NCBI GenBank assembly: GCA_021814165.1
Contig: JAKAIX010000002.1
Coordinates: 69,371 to 133,370 of the forward strand
Source of the DNA: a bacterium
GTDB taxonomy: Bacteria > Patescibacteriota > Minisyncoccia > UBA6257 > GWB1-50-10
DNA: 64,000 nucleotides
Reading direction: 5' to 3'
The notes under the pieces were generated by a model, which ran no database searches, had not been told where the DNA came from, and was given only the letters and a program-made list of their open reading frames with translations. Below are positions 51,722 through 61,589 of this stretch, piece after piece. The first letter of the stretch is position 1, and the number at the start of each line of letters is the position of its first letter. The position numbers were made by a program, and so were the translations under genes.

Positions 51722-54226
51722 ATGCGGATCGGAAAAACAAAACCAAAGAGAAACGGGGCGAAGAAAACGTCCAGCAAAAAGAGGGTGATTCTTTCGGCTC
51801 TCATTGTTTCTTTTATTGTGGGGTTAAGCGTAACGGTGGTTGTTGTGGTATATGCAGTGGTTGCAATTCGACAGCTTCCTTCTCCCGATCAATTCTCAAC
51901 GCGGCAGGTGAGCCAGTCGACAAAGCTTTATGACCGGACTGGAAAAATTCTCCTCTACGAAATACATGGCGAAGAAAAACGAACGGTTGTGCCCCTATCA
52001 GATATTCCGGACACCCTGAAGAACGCGACCCTCGCGGCGGAGGACTCCAACTTTTATACGAGGCCGGCGTTTGATTGGAAGGGTATACTTCGTGCGGTTT
52101 GGACCGACATCAAGGAGTGGCGCGCGGCCGCCGGCGGATCAACGATCACTCAACAGCTAGCACGAAACGCTTTTCTCTCCGGAGAAAAAACCATTACGAG
52201 AAAGATTAAGGAATTAATTCTCGCGATAGAGCTTGAGGCAAAATACCCGAAAAATGACATTCTCGGTTTTTATTTAAACCAAATTCCTTACGGATCGAAT
52301 GCATACGGGGTTGAGGCGGCAAGCCAAACCTACTTTAATAAGCCGGTGAGGGATATTACCCTGAATGAGGCGGCAATACTTGCGGGCATTGTAAAGGCGC
52401 CCAGCTACTATTCCCCATGGGGAACACACACCGACGACCTTATAGTGAGGAAGAATTACGTTCTTGATAGAATGGCGGCGCTCGGGTTTATAACCCAACA
52501 GGAGGCGGACGCGGCAAAAAAAGAGATGCCGAAATTCGCACCGCCGTCTCTTGGATCTATTAAGGCGCCTCATTTCTCCCTTGCGGTAAAAGACTGGCTC
52601 ATAGATAAATATGGGGAGGATTTAGTGACAAACGGCGGACTTAGGGTTATCACCACGCTCGACTGGTCTATGCAACAAACCGCGGAGAAGGTGGTACAAG
52701 AAGGAGCCAAACGCAACAGCGAGCTCTATAAAGGAACAAACGCGGCGCTCGTAGCCCAGGACCCGAAGACCGGACAAATTCTTGCGCTCGTAGGGTCACA
52801 CGATTATTTCGACACGGAACACGGCGGAAACTTCAATGTTCCTCTCCAAGGACTCCGACAACCGGGATCGGCGTTGAAGCCGTTTGTATATATGATGGCA
52901 TTCGAGAAAGGATACCTGCCAAAAACCACCATTTTTGACGTACCAACCGAGTTTGTCTCGGGAAGCAGCAATTGCCCCCCCATTCCCTCCCTTGACGACT
53001 CCTCTCCCCATACCGAGTGTTTTCACCCTCAGGACTTTGAGCCGTTCACCGGTCCCGTTACGCTTGAGCAGGCGCTGGCACAATCAATAAACGTGCCAGC
53101 GGTGAAGATGCTTTACCTTGTCGGCTTAAGAAACGTTTTGGATACCGCGCGTTCTCTCGGAATATCAACACTTACCGACCCGTCGCGTTACGGCCTCTCG
53201 CTGGTCTTGGGGGGCGGCGAAGTAAAGATGATAGAGCTTGTAAATGCATATGCAACACTTTCTCAGGAGGGGGTAAGGCACGATCAGACTATGGTGCTTG
53301 AGGTTTCCGATTCAAATGGAAAAATACTCGAAACATACCGCGACCAGAACACGAAGGTTATCGACCCGGAATATCCTCGGCTTATAAACCAAATTCTCTC
53401 CGATAAGGAATTGCGTTCAGGACTCTTTCAGGGGAGCTTATCACTCACCGTGTTCCCCGACCACGACGTTGCCCTTAAGACGGGTACCACAAACGATTAT
53501 CGCGACGCGTGGGCGTTCGGATATACCCCCTCGCTTGTGGTGGGAGTCTGGGCGGGAAATAACAACAACGCGCCAATGCAACGTCAGGGGTCAAGTATCC
53601 TTGCGGCGGTGCCTATGTGGAGCGATTTCCTAAGCAGGGTATTACCAAACTATCCTCAGGAGCTTTTTTCAAAGCCCGATCCCCTGCCCACATTCCAAAA
53701 ACCGATGTTAAGCGGGCAATTTGTGTATGATGCGGCCGTTGGTGGGGAGGCGCGCCCTCAAATACACTCGATCCTTTATTATGTGGATAAAAACGACCCG
53801 ACCGGGCCAATTCCAAAAGACCCGTCAGAGGATCCTCAGTTTACGAACTGGGAGGCGGGGGTGCTCAATTGGGCACAAAAAAACGTATCGAGTTTCAGTT
53901 CTTTTAATAAATCTATCCCGCTTGGAGCCGGCGCGAGCGAGACCGGCGGGAACATAACAATACAAAACGTTGTCCCCTCAAACGGATCTTTTGTTGTTTC
54001 TCCGTTTCGTGTCCGCGCCGATATACGCTCAATAAATCCCATACAAACGGTTGGTGTTTATATAAACGATATTCCCGTGACGGTGCTTGATGGAATATCT
54101 CAAACACATTATTATCTCGACTACCAAACGACGCAAACACTCGACCCCCAAAACACCCTTGAAATTAGAGCCGTTGATTCGGGCGGGAAGGCCGCCTCAT
54201 CGAAAACAATAGTGTACCGCCGCTAG
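51722..54226 (+). CDS. Class A penicillin-binding protein (PBP1A: glycosyltransferase + transpeptidase) with a C-terminal extension
   Basis: GT51 motifs (EDSNFYTRPAFDW, GGSTITQQLAR), transpeptidase motifs, and an N-terminal TM helix. The start is approximate. Confidence 0.8.
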   Translation: MRIGKTKPKRNGAKKTSSKKRVILSALIVSFIVGLSVTVVVVVYAVVAIRQLPSPDQFSTRQVSQSTKLYDRTGKILLYEIHGEEKRTVVPLSDIPDTLKNATLAAEDSNFYTRPAFDWKGILRAVWTDIKEWRAAAGGSTITQQLARNAFLSGEKTITRKIKELILAIELEAKYPKNDILGFYLNQIPYGSNAYGVEAASQTYFNKPVRDITLNEAAILAGIVKAPSYYSPWGTHTDDLIVRKNYVLDRMAALGFITQQEADAAKKEMPKFAPPSLGSIKAPHFSLAVKDWLIDKYGEDLVTNGGLRVITTLDWSMQQTAEKVVQEGAKRNSELYKGTNAALVAQDPKTGQILALVGSHDYFDTEHGGNFNVPLQGLRQPGSALKPFVYMMAFEKGYLPKTTIFDVPTEFVSGSSNCPPIPSLDDSSPHTECFHPQDFEPFTGPVTLEQALAQSINVPAVKMLYLVGLRNVLDTARSLGISTLTDPSRYGLSLVLGGGEVKMIELVNAYATLSQEGVRHDQTMVLEVSDSNGKILETYRDQNTKVIDPEYPRLINQILSDKELRSGLFQGSLSLTVFPDHDVALKTGTTNDYRDAWAFGYTPSLVVGVWAGNNNNAPMQRQGSSILAAVPMWSDFLSRVLPNYPQELFSKPDPLPTFQKPMLSGQFVYDAAVGGEARPQIHSILYYVDKNDPTGPIPKDPSEDPQFTNWEAGVLNWAQKNVSSFSSFNKSIPLGAGASETGGNITIQNVVPSNGSFVVSPFRVRADIRSINPIQTVGVYINDIPVTVLDGISQTHYYLDYQTTQTLDPQNTLEIRAVDSGGKAASSKTIVYRR

Positions 54227-55329
54227 CCCTTAATCGGCATCACCACGTAAATAAGGTGCGGCTCTTTCGGGTTACGAAGAAGCGCCGGACGCTCTGAGGA
54301 GTGGATTCCTAAAGTTATATCGGTGCCGGAAAAAACCTTAAGTCCATCAAGAAGATAGCGCCAATTAAAAACTACGGAAAATTTTTCTCCCGATAATTTT
54401 GCCGGCACTTTATAAGAACTTTCTCCGAGCGCGCTGTCGGTAGCGTACACCTCGAGAAATTTTTTATTATCACCCGATTTAAGAGTTATGTCGTTCGCTC
54501 TTCCCGAGAAAGAGCTTGCGAGCCGCACGGCGTTTATAAACTCTTGCCGCTCAATTATCGCCTCGTGCGGCGTATTCTTAGGGATCACCGCGCGATAATC
54601 GGGAAATGATCCGTCGATGAGGCGTGAGGTTATTTTCTCGTTCGGCGCAGAAAGAAGTATTTGGTTTGATTCCACAAATATCGTTATTTCGTGCTGTTCT
54701 TTAAAAACCTTCAGAAGCTCCGATGCCGTCTTCAGGGGAATTATGACCGAGATTTTTTCCGCGTCCGTTTTTATACTGCCCGACTCCAACTTCTTTTCGG
54801 CGAGACGAAATCCGTCCGTAGCGGCAAAAACCGCATCACCTCCGGAATATTCAAAATATACGCCGCTTATTTCCGGGCGTATGTCGGAGTACTGTGCCGC
54901 AACAATAACGCTCGCAAGCGCCCCGCGAAAAGACTCCACGCCGCACACGAAGCGTTGTGCTTCCTTATGAACCGAGGGAATAATAGGAAACTCTTTCGGG
55001 TCCTGTCCTTGAAGCACCGCCTCATAATTATCGGTGGTTATTATCACCTTCCCCTCTTTTTCCTCAATCGATATGCGCTCCGCGGCGAGGTTTCGTATAA
55101 TCGAACAAAAAAGGGAGAAGGGTAGTGCCACCCCTCCTTCCTCCAGCACCTTTCCCGACATCGAGTACTCGACGGCGAGCTCGAGGTTGGTGGTGATGAG
55201 TATTATTTTCCCTCCCTCCGCCCTCAGGAGAACGTTTTTTAAAATAGGAAGGTTTGAGCTTTCGTTCACCGCTCTTTCCACAATACCCAGTCCTTCTACT
55301 AGGTTAGTTTTTAATAGTAGTATTTTCAT
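54223..55329 (-). CDS. dnaN: DNA polymerase III beta sliding clamp
   Basis: 368 aa. The N-terminus MKILLLKTNLVEGLGIVERAV... is typical of DnaN, and the gene is adjacent to dnaA. Confidence 0.85.
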   Translation of the reverse strand: MKILLLKTNLVEGLGIVERAVNESSNLPILKNVLLRAEGGKIILITTNLELAVEYSMSGKVLEEGGVALPFSLFCSIIRNLAAERISIEEKEGKVIITTDNYEAVLQGQDPKEFPIIPSVHKEAQRFVCGVESFRGALASVIVAAQYSDIRPEISGVYFEYSGGDAVFAATDGFRLAEKKLESGSIKTDAEKISVIIPLKTASELLKVFKEQHEITIFVESNQILLSAPNEKITSRLIDGSFPDYRAVIPKNTPHEAIIERQEFINAVRLASSFSGRANDITLKSGDNKKFLEVYATDSALGESSYKVPAKLSGEKFSVVFNWRYLLDGLKVFSGTDITLGIHSSERPALLRNPKEPHLIYVVMPIKG

Positions 55330-55502
55330 ATTAGTAGTAATAGTAGGTCGTGTGTAGAAGTGTATAACTCTTGTTTTCTTCGTGTTTTTCTCGCTTTAAA
55401 CACTTTCTTTACTAGAATAATAAGGGGACAACATCGTGATCTTTTTCTATTAATGTGTATAATTATTTTTTTCCCGAAAATACATCCACACAATATCCAC
55501 AG
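55330..55502. other. Candidate oriC segment between dnaA and dnaN, with DnaA-box-like 9-mers and an AT-rich stretch
   Basis: AGTGTATAA (55351), TGTGTATAA (55454), ATCCACACA (55484) and TATCCACAG (55494), against the consensus TTATCCACA/TGTGGATAA, plus ATAATTATTTTTTTCCCGAAAATACA. Confidence 0.55.
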
Positions 55503-56885
55503 CTACATTTTGAATAATCGCTCCTTTATGAGAAGTATTTTTTGGTTAAGGCCGTGGTCTTGGCTGCACTCTTTGTTTATTTTCTCACAAGCGTGTATCG
55601 CGGTAGTGTGATCCCGTTTTCCAAGACGCTCACCGATATGCGGATATGAAAGTTTTAAAATATCTCTCATAAGAAACATGGCTATTTGTCGCGGTTGCAC
55701 CACCTCCTGTTTTCTCCCCCTGTTTAACATGTCGCTTGGAGAAACCTCAAAAAAGTCAGCAACCGCTTTTATAATATCGTTCGCGGTTATGTTTTTGGGG
55801 GTAACCTGGACCGCCTCCCCTATAATTTCCTCGAGTTTTTTCGTGTCAATCTTCTCGTTTTTATATTGTTGATAGAAAATTATTTTATTCAATACTCCCT
55901 CGAGTTCTCTTACGTTTTTTTGAACCCTCGTTGCAACCTGCTCGAGAATATGGTCGTCAACAAGAGAACCCTTCTCTTGGAGTTTTGTTTTAAGAATAGC
56001 GAGCCGGGTTTCGTAGTCGGGATATTCCACATCTACAATCATTCCGCCCTCAAAGCGGGATCGAAGCCTCTCTTCAAGCGTAGGAATCGCGGTCGGCGGC
56101 CTATCGGAAGAAATAATAATCTGTTTATTATTTTCATAAAGGGTATTGAAGGTGTAGAAAAACTCTTGTTCCGTGGCGGTCTTTCCGCCGATGAATTGAA
56201 TGTCGTCGATAATAAGTACGTCTATGTCCCTGTATTTTTTTTTCACATCCTCCATGCGTTTATTGCGGACCGCCCACACCACGTCGTTTATAAATTTTTC
56301 CGAGGAAACGTACAGCGTAGCCACCGAATTTTTATACTCTTTAGAGATTTCATTTCCGATGGCCTGGATCAGGTGGGTCTTTCCCAGCCCCACCCCCCCG
56401 TATACGAACAAGGGGTTGTATTTTTTCCCTACGTCTTTCACCACCGCCTGGGAGGCAGCATACGCCAACTCATTTGATGATCCGACGACGAATGTTGAAA
56501 ACGTATATCGAGGATTCAGGTTTGTTCTGGGATCAATTTTTAATTCAATAAGAGGGGGCTGCGGCTCCTCGGCGGCGACCGGTTCTTGTGGTCTCGCTTT
56601 TTTACCTTGCACAATAACCGCGTGCGCGGAGCCCTGACTCAGGACGGCATAGTCAACATTTTTTATCGATCCGTCGATGTTTCTCAGAGACCCGAGAATA
56701 AGTTTGTGATATCTGCTCTTCACCCACTCCTTCGCAAAATTATTAGGGAGACCGACAAGCACCACCCCTTCCCGCTCATTTTTTTCGAGGAGCTGGCTGT
56801 TTTTGAGCCAGGTTAGAAAATTAGGTCTCGATATCTGAAGCTCGATGTCTCCTAGTACGCTTTGCCAGAGTTCTTTATTTTCCAT
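55503..56885 (-). CDS. dnaA: Chromosomal replication initiator DnaA
   Basis: AAA+ Walker A GGVGLGKTHL and a C-terminal DnaA-box-binding domain. Confidence 0.9.
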   Translation of the reverse strand: MENKELWQSVLGDIELQISRPNFLTWLKNSQLLEKNEREGVVLVGLPNNFAKEWVKSRYHKLILGSLRNIDGSIKNVDYAVLSQGSAHAVIVQGKKARPQEPVAAEEPQPPLIELKIDPRTNLNPRYTFSTFVVGSSNELAYAASQAVVKDVGKKYNPLFVYGGVGLGKTHLIQAIGNEISKEYKNSVATLYVSSEKFINDVVWAVRNKRMEDVKKKYRDIDVLIIDDIQFIGGKTATEQEFFYTFNTLYENNKQIIISSDRPPTAIPTLEERLRSRFEGGMIVDVEYPDYETRLAILKTKLQEKGSLVDDHILEQVATRVQKNVRELEGVLNKIIFYQQYKNEKIDTKKLEEIIGEAVQVTPKNITANDIIKAVADFFEVSPSDMLNRGRKQEVVQPRQIAMFLMRDILKLSYPHIGERLGKRDHTTAIHACEKINKECSQDHGLNQKILLIKERLFKM

Positions 56886-57016
56886 GGTGGTTTAGAAAAC
56901 GCGCTTTCCCTTAAGAATAGAAACTTTTTCAAGGAATGCAACATTGCGGCAAAAACGATTTTGTGCTTTACCTGTGCATTGCTTGTGTATAGTGATTTCT
57001 GGGGTATAATCCGATT

Positions 57017-57151
57017 ATGGCACAGACGTATCAGCCGAAAAAAAAGAAGCGGAAGCGAACGCACGGATTCTTAAAGCGCGCGCGCTCTTCGGGCGGGCGG
57101 AACGTGCTTCTAAGAAGGAGAGCAAAGAAGCGGAAACGGTTAAGCGTGTGA
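57017..57151 (+). CDS. rpmH: Ribosomal protein L34
   Basis: [44 protein letters not shown] is the classic L34 sequence. It is too short for the ORF track. Confidence 0.85.
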   Translation: MAQTYQPKKKKRKRTHGFLKRARSSGGRNVLLRRRAKKRKRLSV

Positions 57152-57411
57152 GCTCGAGCGCGACATCGTTGAGAATTATTACCAAAACCCGCGGGAAGCG
57201 AAGGGCGGTAATTTCTATTTCAAAAAGAGCCGTAAAAAACGCCTCCGCCAGAAACTTGATAAAAAGAAGAATCCGGGTTATCCTACAACCACTTCTGCCT
57301 CGGGTCGCGGGAACAATCGCGGTAACGGTACGGCAAAACGCGACGGCAATCTCTTTTACGGAACTAAAGAGAGAGCTCCTGGAACAAGCGAGGCGGGGCG
57401 GCATTTTATGA
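57148..57411 (+). CDS. rnpA: RNase P protein component
   Basis: Small basic protein with ...RNLIKRRIR... (RnpA-like), immediately after rpmH. Confidence 0.7.
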   Translation: MSSSATSLRIITKTRGKRRAVISISKRAVKNASARNLIKRRIRVILQPLLPRVAGTIAVTVRQNATAISFTELKRELLEQARRGGIL

Positions 57412-58085
57412 GTGAACTCTTTCATGTGTACATATACGGACCGATCCTCTCGGTTCTTGTGTTTTTGTATCAATATCTCTCCTTTCACGACCTCGGGATA
57501 TCCATCATTGAACTCACCGTCCTTATTCGTCTCGTTCTTCTTCCCGTTTTTTATAAAAGCACGAAAGACCAGACAATTCTCCAGCGCTTACAGCCGCACA
57601 TAAAAAAAATACAAACCGACCACAAAGAAGACAAAGAGCGACAAGCAAAAGAGCTTATGGCGCTGTATCGGGAACACCGCGTAAATCCATTTACCGGATT
57701 TCTTCTTTTATTAATTCAACTCCCCGTGTTTATAGCGCTTTTCCAAATTTTCACGACGGGTATAAGCAGCGGAGCGTTTCAGAGTGGGTGGTTTCTCGGT
57801 GTTCTCGATCTAAGCGGAAAAAGTTGGGCGCTCGTGATTGTGGCGGCGGCACTCCAGTTTTTACAGAGCAAGATGATGCTTGCAAAAAAGGCCCCCGACG
57901 CAAAAGGAAGCGACCCGGCGGCTTCGGTGCAGAAAACCATGCTTTTTGTCGGCCCGCTTCTCACTGTGATAATATTAGGAAACCTCCCCGCAGCCATAGG
58001 TCTTTACTGGCTTGTCTCCAATGCATTCTCTTTGGTGCAGCAGGTATATATTAATAAAAAGGTGGAAGAGAATATTCCCCGATGA
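57408..58085 (+). CDS. yidC: Membrane protein insertase YidC (short form)
   Basis: About 5 TM segments. The motif LALYREHRVNPFTGFLLLLIQLPVFIALF matches the YidC/Oxa1 core. Confidence 0.75.
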   Translation: MSELFHVYIYGPILSVLVFLYQYLSFHDLGISIIELTVLIRLVLLPVFYKSTKDQTILQRLQPHIKKIQTDHKEDKERQAKELMALYREHRVNPFTGFLLLLIQLPVFIALFQIFTTGISSGAFQSGWFLGVLDLSGKSWALVIVAAALQFLQSKMMLAKKAPDAKGSDPAASVQKTMLFVGPLLTVIILGNLPAAIGLYWLVSNAFSLVQQVYINKKVEENIPR

Positions 58086-58516
58086 CAATGAACATAGAAA
58101 CACACATACGAAAGCTTCTCGATCTTATGGGTTTTACCGACGCCCAGGTTTCTGTTGATGAAGAACACAGGAAGGTAGTTGTGGTGGTCGACGATGAACT
58201 GTTTCGATCCCAGCTCCCCACCTCTCTTCCCGCGTTTGAACACCTTATTAATTTGATGTTGAGACGCGAAAAACTCCCCTCATTTGTGGTTGATGTTAAT
58301 TACTACAGAAGAGAACGCGAGCGCCTCATCATTGAGCTTGCAAAAGCGGGAGCAAAGAAGGCCCTTCTTACGAAGACCGACGTTGAATTACCTCCCATGA
58401 ATGCGTACGAGCGCAGATTGGTTCATGTGGAAATTTCCACCCACCCCGACCTCACTACGGAAAGTGAAGGCGTTGGCAAGGATCGCCACACCGTTATCAA
58501 ACACATCACCGCGTAG
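58082..58516 (+). CDS. Jag/KhpB-like RNA-binding protein (KH + R3H)
   Basis: Usual position after yidC. The C-terminal R3H-like ...NAYERRLVHVEIS... is present. Confidence 0.65.
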   Translation: MTMNIETHIRKLLDLMGFTDAQVSVDEEHRKVVVVVDDELFRSQLPTSLPAFEHLINLMLRREKLPSFVVDVNYYRRERERLIIELAKAGAKKALLTKTDVELPPMNAYERRLVHVEISTHPDLTTESEGVGKDRHTVIKHITA

Positions 58517-58740
58517 TTTTTTTGGTTTGCCCCATTCCCTCGCGGCACCGGGTGTCGGAATGCTCCTGCGGCATTCCGCACCCTACGCTCTCGGCTTCCG
58601 CCTTCGCACAAAGCTTCGGCCGGACAAGCGCCCTTACTTTTGCCCTGCCCTCCGTAGCTTTCAAGCGAAGGAGGATCGTCCTGCGAGAGCTGCCGCTTAG
58701 GAACGAGGGCAAACCACACACAATCAATCAAAAAAGATCT

Positions 58741-58834
58741 GCGCCATACTCCTTCGAACGAGGGTAAGGCTTGGCCAAGCCTGCCTGCGCAGGCAGGCGG
58801 CCCGGAGCGCCCGAGTCGAGAAGGAGTATGGCGC
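58741..58834. mobile_element. MITE-like element, family B copy 2, with perfect 14-bp terminal inverted repeats (GCGCCATACTCCTT / AAGGAGTATGGCGC) and an embedded family-A core CCTGCCTGCGCAGGCAGG
   Basis: Shares the CGAACGAGGGTAAG and GGAGCGCCCGAGT blocks with 17410-17490. Confidence 0.6.
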
Positions 58835-58847
58835 AGAGAACAAAAAC

Positions 58848-60074
58848 CTAGTCTCCCGCGCTCTGACCGGCCTCGGAAAACCGATCCGAGGTAAGGTTTA
58901 GCGCATAGAGGTGTCCGTCATAGCGGTTTATAAAGTAAAGAAAGCCCTTACTAAACCTCGGGGAGATTCCATCGAACACCCCCCCGTTTATTGTTTTTGG
59001 GAGATCGGACGACGCGGTGCCGCCATTCGAGAGATTTACTTCAAAAAGAGAATCAGAGGTGAAGATTTTTGACTTGAGGTAGTCGTCGGGAAGAACCGCC
59101 CCTCTGAAATTTTGGGAGGTTGGCACGAAACAATATACGATCACGCCCCCAAACGCGCATTTTTCCGGAACCGTAACGAACGGAATGGGGGTTATGGTGC
59201 TTAGCGTTCTTGGATCGAGCGCGTGGAACGCATTACCTTGGAAGGAAAAAAGCACCCGCTTGTCGTCGCTTGGCGCAAAAAGAAGTCCGTTCTCCGGCCC
59301 GAGGAGAAGATGAACGGAGAGATCGTTCACATCAACCCCCCAGATGCGGGAAGAATATTTTGCAGACCCGCGCTCTTCAAGAAAAAGCGTTGAGGGAGGG
59401 AAAAACGAAAGCTGTACATCCTGAAAACGAAAATCCTTCACAAGAATTTTGGTTGAGACATCGCTCTTGCTTATATCGATCAGAGCGAGCGCGGGAATGC
59501 TCCCGTTTTGAACAACTCCGTAAAGCACACCGTTGTTTGGCCCCCACGTCGCGTTTAAGACGGTATTTGAAAGCGGACGCCACGTCTGATCCACATCATC
59601 GAAAACCCCCCATTGCGGAGAACGCGGATCGCCAAAAGAAGCGAGAACTCTTTGAGAGTTTGGGCCGACCTCGATTGAATTCGGTGTGCCGGCGCGCTGT
59701 TTGACTATTTCCACATCCCCCCCATTTTTATTTTTGTTGACCAAGAACACCCGTCCGTCCCCGCTCAAGTAAAAAATGCCCTCGGTTTGGGGATCAATCC
59801 AATACCCGGAAACCGGCTGGTCAGAAACCTTAAAGACGGGATCGGAGTCGGACGGAAATGTGATGGTGTTTACGGCGCCAATCGGCCCCGTTGATGTCCC
59901 CGCGGTTGGAAAGAGCGATCCTCCGGGGAAAGTCGAAGAGGGAGAAGAAGGCGCAAGGGGGGCCGTTGTTTCCGGGCCGGCAATCCCTCCCCAGATAAAA
60001 TAAATAATAACCCCCACCACGGCGACAATAAGGAGGGCAATGATTATTTTCTTATAGTCCAGTTTTTTTACCAT
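58848..60074 (-). CDS. Hypothetical membrane-anchored protein (N-terminal TM, Pro/Ser/Thr-rich linker, beta-rich ectodomain)
   Basis: N-terminus MVKKLDYKKIIIALLIVAVVGVIIYFIW; not recognised. It is the first gene of the T4SS-like cluster. Confidence 0.4.
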   Translation of the reverse strand: MVKKLDYKKIIIALLIVAVVGVIIYFIWGGIAGPETTAPLAPSSPSSTFPGGSLFPTAGTSTGPIGAVNTITFPSDSDPVFKVSDQPVSGYWIDPQTEGIFYLSGDGRVFLVNKNKNGGDVEIVKQRAGTPNSIEVGPNSQRVLASFGDPRSPQWGVFDDVDQTWRPLSNTVLNATWGPNNGVLYGVVQNGSIPALALIDISKSDVSTKILVKDFRFQDVQLSFFPPSTLFLEERGSAKYSSRIWGVDVNDLSVHLLLGPENGLLFAPSDDKRVLFSFQGNAFHALDPRTLSTITPIPFVTVPEKCAFGGVIVYCFVPTSQNFRGAVLPDDYLKSKIFTSDSLFEVNLSNGGTASSDLPKTINGGVFDGISPRFSKGFLYFINRYDGHLYALNLTSDRFSEAGQSAGD

Positions 60075-61588
60075 TGTACGTGAATATTGTCGCCGGTCGT
60101 CGTGTCATAAGTCTTCCCGTTACAACCCGCGTATTCGTTAAGCGATCCTCCAAGCCCCGCGGCTTTCAGGGCGGCCATCGCCTTTTTCACATTGCCGCAC
60201 GGATCATTCCCGGACGCGGGAGTCGTAAGTTTTATGTCGGCGCAGGTTCCTATCGCGTGGCACGAAGCCATATGGTGAACCGTCGACGGCCACGCCTCCG
60301 TGATATACCACGCGCCGGTTCCTCCCATCGACTTACTAAAGACTTTCAATTTGGTTATTAGGTCGGGATTGAGTTTGCATTCCCCGGTGGCATTTAGGTT
60401 GCTGTTATTTATCGTTTTATCACACGGATTGGAGCCGACCGCGAAACCGGCGCTTGTGACGGTTTCGCATGGGTGCGAGGTGTCGGTTCCTGCACACGCC
60501 TGAACATCCGCATTATTGGACGGCATATTTACCTTGGGGTTCTCGGAGACGGTGCAGGTCCATTTTTGTTCCTGACAGTAATCCGTATAACAGAGACCGT
60601 CTTGTCCGGGAACCGGCCCCACCTTTGTGCCGTCGCTCTTTGTTCTTTCGAGGGGCGGCGGCGAGGAGATATCATAGTAAGGAAACTGATCCGAGACGTC
60701 GACGGCATCAACCACGGGCGTGTACTGCGAGGGATCGTGCGCGTCAAACCCCTTAACCGAGGATCTTTTTGCGGTAAAAGTCCACGTCTTACAGGTGGGG
60801 CTGTCCAGGCTTTGCATTTTCGGGGCACACAACTGTAAGTTGGAATTTAAATCCACCATTTGTATCTCGGGTTTTGTGTTGTTGCTGTCTTTGGGAAGAA
60901 GATACGCATAAATCAGACACTCGGCCGTCGAAGCGCCGCCCTGTTTTTTGAAGTAGGGGTAAAGCCACACCATTGAACCCTTTGATATCACCGGGTTGTC
61001 GTTATAATAATCACCCTCTACAAGCTGAATGTCTTGCGTCTTCAGCACCGATCTTCTATAAAGGCAGTTTAAGCTTGCCACCTGAGAGCTCCCGTCAAAC
61101 ACCCGAATGGTCTCGAATGTCTGTGTGTCAGAGCCAACACAATCGTTCGCGGTAAGAGAATCGGTGTTTTGTGAGGACAGTTTTATATCGCTCTCTCCCG
61201 CGGCAGGAAGTTTAAGGAGGGTGATCTCGGGGTTAATGGTATTCAACACAAGATAAGAGCCGAAGAGGAGAATGAGGCCGAATATCGATGAGGTGATCAT
61301 ATCCGAGGCCTCGCGCAGCTTGTCGGGACTTCCCGCGGAAACGATCCTCATGATGCCGCCCGCGACAATCATTCCCAAGGCGAGCGCTCCGCCGATCCAC
61401 AAGCTGAATTTATAGAGATTATTTATGTAAGTAACGATATCGGTTGTTTTGCTCTGGCATCCGGGACAGGGAAAATCAACATTCACAATCTTGTCGTTCT
61501 GCCCCGCGGTTTGGGCGTGCGCCACAAGACCAAACCCCATAATAATAAGGAAGAGAAAGAAAATTGTTGTGATGTTTTTTCTCCTCAT
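60068..61588 (-). CDS. VirB2/TrbC-like pilin-architecture N-terminus (signal peptide + two TM helices) fused to a ~370-aa Cys-rich extracellular domain
   Basis: Signal peptide MRRKNITTIFFLFLIIMGFGLVAHAQ, TM1 SLWIGGALALGMIVAGGIM, a short loop, TM2 IFGLILLFGSYLVLNTI, then a Cys-rich C-terminal domain. Confidence 0.45.
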   Translation of the reverse strand: MRRKNITTIFFLFLIIMGFGLVAHAQTAGQNDKIVNVDFPCPGCQSKTTDIVTYINNLYKFSLWIGGALALGMIVAGGIMRIVSAGSPDKLREASDMITSSIFGLILLFGSYLVLNTINPEITLLKLPAAGESDIKLSSQNTDSLTANDCVGSDTQTFETIRVFDGSSQVASLNCLYRRSVLKTQDIQLVEGDYYNDNPVISKGSMVWLYPYFKKQGGASTAECLIYAYLLPKDSNNTKPEIQMVDLNSNLQLCAPKMQSLDSPTCKTWTFTAKRSSVKGFDAHDPSQYTPVVDAVDVSDQFPYYDISSPPPLERTKSDGTKVGPVPGQDGLCYTDYCQEQKWTCTVSENPKVNMPSNNADVQACAGTDTSHPCETVTSAGFAVGSNPCDKTINNSNLNATGECKLNPDLITKLKVFSKSMGGTGAWYITEAWPSTVHHMASCHAIGTCADIKLTTPASGNDPCGNVKKAMAALKAAGLGGSLNEYAGCNGKTYDTTTGDNIHVQW

Positions 61589-61589
61589 G

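Noticed and set aside
58401-58731. Two mutually antisense roughly 100-aa ORFs after jag
   Set aside because: They lie in GC-rich hairpin and MITE sequence. They are open only because of GC bias, and their translations are Ala/Arg/Pro-rich without motifs.
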